Origin: a virus
Lineage: Duplodnaviria; Caudoviricetes
Strand: one strand, 5' to 3'
Virus record (IMG/VR): IMGVR_UViG_3300048837_000207
Coordinates: 1-58,797 of that record
Length of the DNA: 58,797 bases
How positions within the stretch are numbered: the first letter of the stretch is position 1; each line of letters opens with the position of its first letter. A program made the translations under genes and the position numbers. Below the pieces are notes generated by a model. That model ran no database searches. It saw only the letters and a program-made list of their open reading frames with translations, and was not told the origin of the DNA. Below are positions 39,094 through 47,206 of the stretch, in pieces.

Positions 39094-40609
39094 GAAGCGC
39101 CCCCTGCATACGCTGTTTTGACTGCAGCCGCTTGTAACACTGCGTTTCGACCTTCGCCCCTGTAATGTGCATGATCAACGTCTTTCGAGTCTGCCCCGGC
39201 CTCGTAATTCTTGCGCATGCCTGCTCGTAGATCTCGTTGGATGTCGTCGGACCAAACCACACTATAAGGTTGGCTGCGGTAAGTGTCAACCCATGAGCTG
39301 AGCATTGAGGGTGCATGATCAGCACCCGTGGAAACATCCCACTCTGGAACTCGGTGAAAATCTGATCGCGGGCAGACTTCGGGGTTTCACCGGATACCTG
39401 TGCGACCGAGTAGCCTAATTTCGTCAGCCGGTTGGCGATCATCTTGGAGGCGTGAATAAAGTTCACGAACACAATGACCTTGCCCTCGGCCTCGTCGATC
39501 AGCTCGGTCAGGGCGTCCATGCGGGGGGCGTTGTCCAGTTCGACCGCCTTCCCGTCTCTCGTGTACACGAAACCAGTAGTGATCTGCAGCAGCTTCGACA
39601 TCAGCACGCCTTCATTGGCAGCGTTCACTTCACCACTGGCAAACGCCGTTTTCATGTGGCGCATCATCTCGGTGTAGACGCGCTTCTGCTCGGGCGTGAG
39701 CGGAGCCTCGCGGGTGTCGTAGATGGTCGGCGGCAGCTCGACGCAGTCATCGCGCTTGAAGCGCACGGCAGGCTGCAGCATGTCGTAGACGGTATCCTTG
39801 GAGTCGTTGCGGGGCACCCACCGGAAGGTGGATACCGGGTACATCGTGGCTTCCTTGAAGTTCTTGAAGAACTTCGGCGCCCGGTCGGGAGTCAGGAGCT
39901 TGGCCTGTGCCCACGCATCGCAAGGCTCGTTCGGAGTCGGGCTGCCAGTGAGGCCCCAAGCGAACGAACGGCTACCCACGAGAGCTGCAAGAGCCTTCCA
40001 GCGATCAGTACGAGCGTTGCGAAAAGCAGCAAGCTCGTCAATAACCACACAGTTGATATCGTTGCGGCGTAGAAGGTCAGGGAGGACAGTCTTAATTCCG
40101 TCGTGGTTGATAACGTAAATATGGTGGTCCTGCGCAAGAACCTCCTTCCTCCGCTCCCGACTCCCATGCAGAACTCCCACGCTCAGGTGATTGAAGTACC
40201 GGAATACCTCCCTGTACCACACGGTGGTGAGGGTCGAGAGGGGGGCCACGATGATCGCCCGCTGAATCTGCTTCTCGCGGATCAGAAAGTCAACGGCGAA
40301 CAGGGTCGCGCGTGTCTTGCCGGTGCCCATTTCCGACAGCACGTAGGCCCGCCTGTTCATCGTGAGCATGGCCGCAGTGACCTTCTGGGTCTTGAACGGA
40401 CTATCACCGTTCCAGTCGTACCTGACCATGATGGGCGCAGGGGCCTTGAGGCCGAGGTTGCGAGCGAGCTTCACAACGTCATGCGAGTGGGGAACGACGA
40501 TGCGGTCCTTCTCCACACGGTGGTCCTTTACCAGATTCGCCAGCGCCGCGTTGTACGGCAGCGAGAGCGTCTGGTTCCGGCGATCGACTAAGACAGCATC
40601 GCCAGCCAT
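39077..40609 (-). CDS. SNF2-family helicase
   Basis: EMGTGKT, VVIDE, LTGSP, KLLQI, AHGLTL, QACARITRPGQ. Confidence 0.9.
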   Translation of the reverse strand: MAGDAVLVDRRNQTLSLPYNAALANLVKDHRVEKDRIVVPHSHDVVKLARNLGLKAPAPIMVRYDWNGDSPFKTQKVTAAMLTMNRRAYVLSEMGTGKTRATLFAVDFLIREKQIQRAIIVAPLSTLTTVWYREVFRYFNHLSVGVLHGSRERRKEVLAQDHHIYVINHDGIKTVLPDLLRRNDINCVVIDELAAFRNARTDRWKALAALVGSRSFAWGLTGSPTPNEPCDAWAQAKLLTPDRAPKFFKNFKEATMYPVSTFRWVPRNDSKDTVYDMLQPAVRFKRDDCVELPPTIYDTREAPLTPEQKRVYTEMMRHMKTAFASGEVNAANEGVLMSKLLQITTGFVYTRDGKAVELDNAPRMDALTELIDEAEGKVIVFVNFIHASKMIANRLTKLGYSVAQVSGETPKSARDQIFTEFQSGMFPRVLIMHPQCSAHGLTLTAANLIVWFGPTTSNEIYEQACARITRPGQTRKTLIMHITGAKVETQCYKRLQSKQRMQGALLELFE

Positions 40610-40893
40610 CCGGCCAGTACCTCCGGGTTCGTGCCGTCATAGACGATCACGTGCGCCCCTGCCTTGTGCATTTCCATGATCGTCGCTTCCTGCCGTTCCG
40701 TCGGCTTCTTCCCCGGCGCCTTCGTCTCGATGGCGAAGAACTGCCCCTTGATGCAGCCGACGAAGTCAAGGGTGGGCTTCCCCATCCCGTTCTGCACAGG
40801 CATGTGGTAGTACACGGGGTAGCCCTTGTCCTGCAGGGTTTTCAGCGCCCGCTTGACCTGCGCCTTGACCTTGGCCTCCGGAGTGCTAGCCAT
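40588..40893 (-). CDS. VRR-NUC domain nuclease
   Basis: TPEAKVK, GKPTLDFVGC, FAIETKAPGKKPTERQ. Confidence 0.85.
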   Translation of the reverse strand: MASTPEAKVKAQVKRALKTLQDKGYPVYYHMPVQNGMGKPTLDFVGCIKGQFFAIETKAPGKKPTERQEATIMEMHKAGAHVIVYDGTNPEVLAGWLAMLS

Positions 40894-41161
40894 TGTGGCA
40901 GTCGTAGCACGCCTGCACGATAACTTCAGCCAGCTTGTCCACGGAGCCTTCGGCCTCCGCTTCGCCGCAGTAGACTTCGACCTCGTCACCCTCAATCTCG
41001 ACCTTCACCTTCTTGCCTTCGGCAGCGGCCTTGGCCAGCACTACGAACGCGGCGCCGGGGGAGGTCGTGTACCACTGCGACCCGACGGCGTCGGCAACGG
41101 TGTCCTCGTCCTCGCCCACGAACTTCGCGGCCCACTCATCCAGCACTTCACGCTTTGCCAT
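40886..41161 (-). CDS. small acidic hypothetical protein
   Basis: GGAGG RBS, overlaps next gene. Confidence 0.6.
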   Translation of the reverse strand: MAKREVLDEWAAKFVGEDEDTVADAVGSQWYTTSPGAAFVVLAKAAAEGKKVKVEIEGDEVEVYCGEAEAEGSVDKLAEVIVQACYDCHNG

Positions 41162-41172
41162 GACTGACCCTC

Positions 41173-41652
41173 CTACAGGTCGAAAACCATCCCGCACTTG
41201 GCGAGAAACTCAGTGTCGTCGATTTCTGTCTCGGCGGCATGCAAGCGCCGCCCGTTCTTGAACTCAATGTCCAGCCCGCCACTGCCGTCACACTCCACCT
41301 TCTTTATATGCTTGGGGAAGTGCTTGGCGAGGCGGAAGAAAAACAGCTCTCCCCGCAGACTCAGGTTCTTCACGACTTCCCTCACTTCGACGGCCATGAG
41401 GCCGAGGTCTTGCGCAACGCGCTCGTCCACCATGTGGTCGATGCAGCGTGCGAACTTCTTGTCGATCGGGTCATGCCATGCGATGCGAAGCCGCAGCGAC
41501 ATGCTGCGAATGTCGTACTCGGTGTGGACCTTCACGTTCAGCCCGCGATATTCCGCGTCTGTCAGGGCTTCCCTAGCGGCTTTGTCCCTGATCATCTGTT
41601 GAATCGCACGCGACAGGAACTCTGGCCTGTTGGACACGTTGCTCTTGCTCAC
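41173..41652 (-). CDS. hypothetical protein
   Basis: GTGA overlap with nuclease gene, GAGGAG RBS. Confidence 0.6.
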   Translation of the reverse strand: MSKSNVSNRPEFLSRAIQQMIRDKAAREALTDAEYRGLNVKVHTEYDIRSMSLRLRIAWHDPIDKKFARCIDHMVDERVAQDLGLMAVEVREVVKNLSLRGELFFFRLAKHFPKHIKKVECDGSGGLDIEFKNGRRLHAAETEIDDTEFLAKCGMVFDL

Positions 41653-42314
41653 CGCTCCTCCCAATTGGGGCAGTGCTTCACAGGGCAGTACCGGCACAGG
41701 CCGCTCGGCTTCGCCGGGAAGTCGGTGGTCTTGATCGCCAGCTCGATGCGCGATGCACGCGGCAGCAGGTCCGACCAGATCTTCTTGAAGTCGTGCTTCG
41801 TGTACGACTCACGACTGATGTTCTTGTGCTTGAGCCAGAAGAACGCGAGGTCGAACGTCTCCAGCTCGGGGACGAACTGCGACAGCACCGCTGCCGACAT
41901 GGCGAGCTGCGTGAAGTCAGGCTTCACCTTGCCCGTCTTGTAGTCGATGACGATCGCGTGGGTTCCCTGAATGATCGCCAAGTCGATGATGGCCCGCAGG
42001 TAGACATCGCTGGCGAAGAACTCCGTCGGTTCGAAGTCCCGGTTCAGGGCAAGCTTCTGTTCCCCGAGCTTTTCTCCGGGGGTGGCGGCGAGTCGTGCTG
42101 CCAGCTTTTCGTGCATCCTGAACGCAACAGGGAGTGGATCGCCTTTCGTAACACGGCGGAAGAGCGCGGCGTGGATGGCGTTGCCTTCGGCTCCTGCTTC
42201 GGAATCTCCGTACTCATCTTTGATATCCTTCTTGACGTTGATGTGGAAGTACTGCTTAGGGCAGTTCTCGTAGCGCGTCAGCGCCGAGTAGCTCCATGCG
42301 AAAGGCTTGGCCAT
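41649..42314 (-). CDS. PD-(D/E)XK exonuclease, Cas4/RecB-like
   Basis: WSYSAL..YENCP, GNAIH, IDL..., IDYKTGK, QL, C-terminal CRYCPVKHC. Confidence 0.85.
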   Translation of the reverse strand: MAKPFAWSYSALTRYENCPKQYFHINVKKDIKDEYGDSEAGAEGNAIHAALFRRVTKGDPLPVAFRMHEKLAARLAATPGEKLGEQKLALNRDFEPTEFFASDVYLRAIIDLAIIQGTHAIVIDYKTGKVKPDFTQLAMSAAVLSQFVPELETFDLAFFWLKHKNISRESYTKHDFKKIWSDLLPRASRIELAIKTTDFPAKPSGLCRYCPVKHCPNWEER

Positions 42315-44173
42315 TACTTGCAGTCTCCGAAGGTCGGACCCCAATGGACTTCCACCGCAACAGGCAGGTCGGGTGCCCATGCAGGTGGTGCCGACATGAT
42401 CTGTGTGATCTGCGCGGCAAGTGTCTCAGCATCCCTCTCCGGGACCACGTAGTCAAGTTCGTCGTGGACCTGCAGCACCATCTGGAGGCCCAATTCCCGA
42501 TGGATCGTGAGCATGTTGTCCATGACGATGATGCGGGCAAGGGCCTGCACGATGTTCTCGGCCAGCTTGCCGCCGAAGAGCTTCCGGGTCTCGCGACCGA
42601 AGGTGTAGATCCAGTCCCCGGTGTCGCTGCGGCGCAGGTCGTTGTAGTAGATCGGCATGCCGTTTGGCAGGATGATCATGTTCTTGGCGGTCATGCAGAC
42701 CTGCTTACCGTCGGGGGGCGCGATGATCGCCTTCCCTTCACCTGTGGCAATCATCGACAGGATGCGGTCGAACTTGTTCCACAACTGTGGAATCTCGCGG
42801 TACAGGGTGCGGTAGGTGTTGACGAGCTTCTGGGCCTCAACCAGCTCGACCTTGACGTTGTCCTTCCTGAGAGTCGTCTGGAGCTTCGGCGCTCCCATGC
42901 CATAGCCGAGGCCAAGGATGCAGGTCTTGCCGACGAACCGGCGGGCGTCGTCCTCCTTGGACCGCCCCTTGACCACGTCCACCCGGTAGGCATTGGCAGC
43001 GAAGGACGAGTACACGTCCTGCCGGTCCCGGAAGCCCTGCGTCAAAATGTCGCACCCGGCCAGCCACGACACGATGCGGGCCTCGATCTGCGAGAGGTCG
43101 GCGCCCAGCACGACATGCCCCTTTGGCGCACGCATGGCAAACCGGATCTTCGATTTGTCCACCCGTGGGGGGTTCTGCATGTTGATCTTCTGCGTACCGC
43201 CGTACCGGCCCGTGTGGGCCGCGTAGTAGTTCAGGGGGACCCTGAGCTTCCGGTGGCGCTTGGCGATCTCCAGCAGCCTCCCTGTGCGCGTCTCACCGAT
43301 CGTGGACTTCATCCCGAGGCGAGCCTCGATCAGGCCAGTCACGATTTCATCGTCGGCGTACTCCTCCTGCAGGGCCTTGAACTCCGGGTCGCCCTTGGCG
43401 AAGGCCCACGTCAGCTTGTCAGTCGTGAGGGAAACCTTCGTCGGTGGTTCCACGCCGATACGCTGCAGGACGGCGGCGAACTTGTCGTTTGACATAAGTT
43501 CGTCCTTCGTCGCCAGCCGGGAGAGCGATGCCATGAGCTGCGCCTTCTTGGCGATCTCGTGCTGCAGCTCCTTGGCGAGCAGGTTGGCATCCAGCTCCAG
43601 CACAGGATCGAGGTACATCCTGTGTGTGAGGTCCATGATCGCGAACTCGGAGCGGGGGAACAGGGGCTTCAGGTGCTTGAACAGCAGCCACGTTCCCTCA
43701 ACGTCGGTGATGCAGTAGTCCGCGTAGGAGTACAACTCCGTCTGCGACAGCGACTGCCGTGACCGGCCAATCATGTTGTGGACCTCGACGCCCTTGCGCA
43801 GGCCATCGAAGTCGCAGTACTCCAAGCACTTCGCCAGCGACACTCCGGACAGGAAGGGCCGCAGGTGGGCCTGAGCCATGCTGATGGTGTCGAAGATGAA
43901 CTTGGGCCTGATCCCAAAGACCTGCTGCAGGATGGTCGCGTCGAACATCATGTTGTGGCCGACGACAGCGTTGTTCGGGATATCAAGGGCAGACAGCCAC
44001 TGCGCCGTCTGCTTCTTGGTACCACTGAACCACTGCGTTGGCTCCTCATTCACCTTGGCAGCGACGAGGATGACCTCAAACCGAGGGTCGGTGATGTAGT
44101 CCTCGGTGGACATCTTCGACAGCGAGAACTCGCGGTCGTAGTAGGTTTCGAAGTCGATCGTGATGATGTTCAC
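42314..44173 (-). CDS. polA: family A DNA polymerase with 3'-5' exonuclease
   Basis: IDFET, HNMMFD, YCITDV; HTGR, NMQN, DLSQIEAR (motif A), R..GKTCILGLGYG (B), QVHDE (C). Confidence 0.93.
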   Translation of the reverse strand: MNIITIDFETYYDREFSLSKMSTEDYITDPRFEVILVAAKVNEEPTQWFSGTKKQTAQWLSALDIPNNAVVGHNMMFDATILQQVFGIRPKFIFDTISMAQAHLRPFLSGVSLAKCLEYCDFDGLRKGVEVHNMIGRSRQSLSQTELYSYADYCITDVEGTWLLFKHLKPLFPRSEFAIMDLTHRMYLDPVLELDANLLAKELQHEIAKKAQLMASLSRLATKDELMSNDKFAAVLQRIGVEPPTKVSLTTDKLTWAFAKGDPEFKALQEEYADDEIVTGLIEARLGMKSTIGETRTGRLLEIAKRHRKLRVPLNYYAAHTGRYGGTQKINMQNPPRVDKSKIRFAMRAPKGHVVLGADLSQIEARIVSWLAGCDILTQGFRDRQDVYSSFAANAYRVDVVKGRSKEDDARRFVGKTCILGLGYGMGAPKLQTTLRKDNVKVELVEAQKLVNTYRTLYREIPQLWNKFDRILSMIATGEGKAIIAPPDGKQVCMTAKNMIILPNGMPIYYNDLRRSDTGDWIYTFGRETRKLFGGKLAENIVQALARIIVMDNMLTIHRELGLQMVLQVHDELDYVVPERDAETLAAQITQIMSAPPAWAPDLPVAVEVHWGPTFGDCK

Positions 44174-44203
44174 TGAAGCTCTTTCGCCTGATCGCTGTTG
44201 TAG

Positions 44204-44401
44204 TCATTCATGGAACCCTGCCCTCCGCATTCTGGATATCTGATTCTTGATCGCCCTGTGATCGGACGGGGTTGACCCCGAGACCACGATCGACTTGCCG
44301 TCAGGTGCGTACCACTTGTAATGGGCCGCATTACTTCGCTCGACTCGCCAACCTTGCCTGACGGCAGCTTGGCGTAGGCGCTCCAGCTCTTTACACTTCA
44401 T
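44204..44401 (-). CDS. HicA-like small protein
   Basis: GWRVERSNAAHYKWYAPDG..IVV...TPSD.R pattern, 65 aa. Confidence 0.5.
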   Translation of the reverse strand: MKCKELERLRQAAVRQGWRVERSNAAHYKWYAPDGKSIVVSGSTPSDHRAIKNQISRMRRAGFHE

Positions 44402-44958
44402 TTGGCGTACCTCTTCATCAGGAAGCTCACCCACTGGACGACGTTCACTTCCAACTGGTTGAGCGAGCCATAGTTCTTCACGGTCCCCTCAATAAGTGCC
44501 GGGGAGATCCCTTTCTCCGACGAGTGTGCAGCCACGGGGGCAACCCCCTCGCGATCGACCTTCCACACGGTGCCGCCCGCGTTGATGATAGTCTGCGCCT
44601 CGTTGTCGAACCGTACGTCGGTCACGACCATGCGTGGGGAAGTCATGGCCCGTACCTCGTCCCACCTGCGCAGCATCAACATCACCCACAGGTCGGGGTG
44701 TACGTGCTGCCTGCCCCACTCGGTGCCAAGCGTCTGCGCAACCTGCCGTGGGGATTTGCCGAGCCAAGGGATAACCTGCTCCTTGCGCTCCCGGTCGTCC
44801 CAGACGTGAAGGTCGATACCGAGCATGGCTTCCAGCCCCATCTTGAGCGGCATGGCAAGCGTGTAGCGAGAGAAGCCGCAGTTCGCCATGTACATGGCGA
44901 CGGTGTCTTTGCCGCAGCCTGCGGGGCCGCAGAGTCCAATCAGCAGTTGCTTGCTCAC
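44398..44958 (-). CDS. deoxynucleoside monophosphate kinase
   Basis: IGLCGPAGCGKDT, SPRQVAQTLGTEWGR, VTDVRFDNE, HSSE. Confidence 0.88.
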   Translation of the reverse strand: MSKQLLIGLCGPAGCGKDTVAMYMANCGFSRYTLAMPLKMGLEAMLGIDLHVWDDRERKEQVIPWLGKSPRQVAQTLGTEWGRQHVHPDLWVMLMLRRWDEVRAMTSPRMVVTDVRFDNEAQTIINAGGTVWKVDREGVAPVAAHSSEKGISPALIEGTVKNYGSLNQLEVNVVQWVSFLMKRYAK

Positions 44959-45227
44959 CGGGTTGAGTCCTTGCGCAGTACGAACCTGTTGTGGAGAAGC
45001 ATCGCGGCGAGACAGCCGGTGCCGCCTCCGAAGCCTAGTGCCAGAACCAGCCATATCGTGAATCCCTCTTTGGCAACCATCGCCACAACGTAGACTTCGA
45101 ACAGGGCCATCGCGTTGCTCGTCGCGACGACCCAGCCGTAGTTGTTGTGTATGACATTGCGTTGCTGAAACGCCTTCAAGAAGATAAAGGCGAAGTTGGC
45201 AGCGAACGTGGCGAGGAAAGCGATCAT
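44955..45227 (-). CDS. small multi-pass membrane protein
   Basis: Three hydrophobic segments, LKAFQQRNV, GGGTG. Confidence 0.6.
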   Translation of the reverse strand: MIAFLATFAANFAFIFLKAFQQRNVIHNNYGWVVATSNAMALFEVYVVAMVAKEGFTIWLVLALGFGGGTGCLAAMLLHNRFVLRKDSTR

Positions 45228-45490
45228 GCCTCGACCGTGACGACCTTCCTGATCGGACCCCTGCCGTCTGCCGCGTCTGCCGCTGCCCATGCCGCGTTCC
45301 AGCGCGTGGTATCCCAATGCCGCTTCGGCACAGGGGCGGCTTGCGGGTGCGTGAACGCGAACTGCATCGTCGGGCGCATATCGTGGTAGACGATGTTGAA
45401 CACCTTGCGAGCGTGGTTGCTCCAGCCCTCCCACTGCCGCTTCGGCACCTTGTGCTTGTTGAGGACTGGCCTGCCCATGTTCTTTGTCAT
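45224..45490 (-). CDS. hypothetical protein
   Basis: AAGGAGAC RBS; first gene of the replication operon. Confidence 0.65.
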   Translation of the reverse strand: MTKNMGRPVLNKHKVPKRQWEGWSNHARKVFNIVYHDMRPTMQFAFTHPQAAPVPKRHWDTTRWNAAWAAADAADGRGPIRKVVTVEA

Positions 45491-45519
45491 GTAGTCTCCT
45501 TGTGAAAATGATAGTTCAT

Positions 45520-45662
45520 GCCCCGTCTCGTGGGGCCTACGGCGGATCCAGAGTTCGCTCTTTATGAGGCGGCTTCACTCCCCCGCTGGCGACCGTTACT
45601 TTGTTGGGCCGAAGCCCGCAATGTCTCGCGACCTGTCGCCTGCGCGAGGGTGCGCTAGCACC
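45520..45662 (-). ncRNA. candidate structured leader RNA
   Basis: Several hairpins including cUUCGg and a potential 6-bp pseudoknot between a promoter and the first RBS. Confidence 0.4.
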
Positions 45663-45675
45663 TAACTTAAACAGC

Positions 45676-45703
45676 AGTATGCCCACGAATCCGAAAATGT
45701 CAA
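45676..45703 (-). promoter_or_regulatory. sigma70-like promoter for replication operon
   Basis: Minus strand TTGACA-N16-CATACT, just downstream of a terminator. Confidence 0.6.
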
Positions 45704-45717
45704 GCCCTACAGCAGAC

Positions 45718-45748
45718 AAAAAAATGGGGACCCCCGAAGGGGTCCCCA
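45718..45748 (-). terminator. intrinsic terminator ending the early operon
   Basis: TGGGGACCCC-TTCG-GGGGTCCCCA followed by T7. Confidence 0.9.
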
Positions 45749-45779
45749 AAGTGTTTTCGGGCACTTGCTAGGCTAGCAA

Positions 45780-46505
45780 TCAGGCGATGCCGTGGACTAC
45801 CCGAACCGGCCAGTCAGGACTGATCGTCTCGTCCGGTAGCAGCAGCGCCTCCGTGATGACCGCATCGTACGGGGCCAGCGCGGCAGGCGTCCATTCCTTG
45901 TCCAGCAGCACTGCCTCCGGTAGCCTCGACCGCACCTTGATCTTGCGCACGACTTCCTGCCCACGTTCAGGCAGGAAGCTGCACAGGTTGGGCCACAGCC
46001 GGTGGATCTGCCCCATCGTGTTGCAAGCCGAGAAGGCCCGCTCGACCTTGTTGTAGACCTGCGCACGCTCGATATCGAGCTTCACCCACCGCTCGCCCCA
46101 CTCCACCAGTGCATCCACCATGCTGATGGGAAGTCGGCTCATGTTCACCATGTCTGCGCCGGACCTCCATGTCTCGGTAGATGGCAGTGGCAGGCCAGTG
46201 CCGAACTTGACGAACATGGTCAGCGGCATCCTTGGCGGGGAGAACACAGTATCGACCTTGAACTCCTTCACGTCCCACTGCAGCGTCAGGTCGCTGTTCC
46301 GATGCAGCAGTGTCGGCATACTGGACTTCAGCAGCCGCAGGGCCGCACGTTCCTCATTTGTCCACAGGTGCCGGTAGATTTCCTTCGGGGCTATGGGGCA
46401 GGGGGCGAGCAGCCCCATCCGGTTCACCATCCGTTGCCCTACTCGCTCCAAGACTTCCGACTTGGAGTAGTCGCGGACGGTCTGGTTGTGTCGTCGTCGT
46501 CTCAT
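45780..46505 (-). CDS. hypothetical early protein
   Basis: GGAGG RBS, ATGA overlap; LWPNL motif; resembles upstream neighbour. Confidence 0.7.
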   Translation of the reverse strand: MRRRRHNQTVRDYSKSEVLERVGQRMVNRMGLLAPCPIAPKEIYRHLWTNEERAALRLLKSSMPTLLHRNSDLTLQWDVKEFKVDTVFSPPRMPLTMFVKFGTGLPLPSTETWRSGADMVNMSRLPISMVDALVEWGERWVKLDIERAQVYNKVERAFSACNTMGQIHRLWPNLCSFLPERGQEVVRKIKVRSRLPEAVLLDKEWTPAALAPYDAVITEALLLPDETISPDWPVRVVHGIA

Positions 46506-47206
46506 GTTATGCCCTCCTTATTGAGGCCAATCCACGCTGGTAGTTTCCCGTCAGCAGGCAGCATCACGGAGGCTGCCAACAGCTCGACCAAGCGAACAGA
46601 ATCTGCTGCCGACAGGCGAAGGTTGAGCCTCCCCCTGATGGCTTCGATCCTGCCGGTGTCCCGATGCGGAGCAGTCCGCATCCCTGCCAGCAGGGACGGC
46701 ACCGCACTCGCGACCTCTGGCCACGCGCGAGCGATATCCGCCTTGCTGGAGAACAACGGAGAGACCTCGTAGATCTTGTTGTGGAAGTGTCGGATCTCCG
46801 TGTCCATCGCTTCCGCCTTCGCGTACCAAGCCGTGAGCTTAGGGTCCTTGCGCACCGCCTCGTCCAGCATGAACGGTGATAGTACGCTGCTGGGACACAC
46901 AGGGCAGTCCTCCATGTGTAGCCAGAACGGCTGGACAGGATCAGCCCAATCGTCCACCGTGCGTGGATCCTGCAGGGTGAAGTGGATTACCTGCTGCCGT
47001 GCCGTCGCGCGCAGCAGGTTCCGGTACGCTATGTTGTGGTGGTGCATGGACGTGGGGACACGATCCACGAACCACTTGGCCACTTGAGGGGTGAACGCCC
47101 CGGAGTAAACCTTCACCGGGTCGCATGGGAACGGGATCGTCTGCCTCAGTCGAGGCAGCAAACCCGCCAGCTCAGTACGAAACGTGTACCTGACTGCTTC
47201 ACTCAT
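46502..47206 (-). CDS. hypothetical early protein
   Basis: Overlaps VWA gene end; AWPEV motif. Confidence 0.7.
   Translation of the reverse strand: MSEAVRYTFRTELAGLLPRLRQTIPFPCDPVKVYSGAFTPQVAKWFVDRVPTSMHHHNIAYRNLLRATARQQVIHFTLQDPRTVDDWADPVQPFWLHMEDCPVCPSSVLSPFMLDEAVRKDPKLTAWYAKAEAMDTEIRHFHNKIYEVSPLFSSKADIARAWPEVASAVPSLLAGMRTAPHRDTGRIEAIRGRLNLRLSAADSVRLVELLAASVMLPADGKLPAWIGLNKEGIT

Noticed and set aside
41649-42314. Cas4-like nuclease as part of a CRISPR-Cas system
   Set aside because: No other cas genes or array; it sits beside the polymerase as a standard phage replication exonuclease
45520-45662. Leader RNA as a tRNA, pistol or HDV-like ribozyme, or ZTP riboswitch
   Set aside because: No cloverleaf or T-loop; the pseudoknot is superficially similar but conserved linker and catalytic residues do not line up by eye
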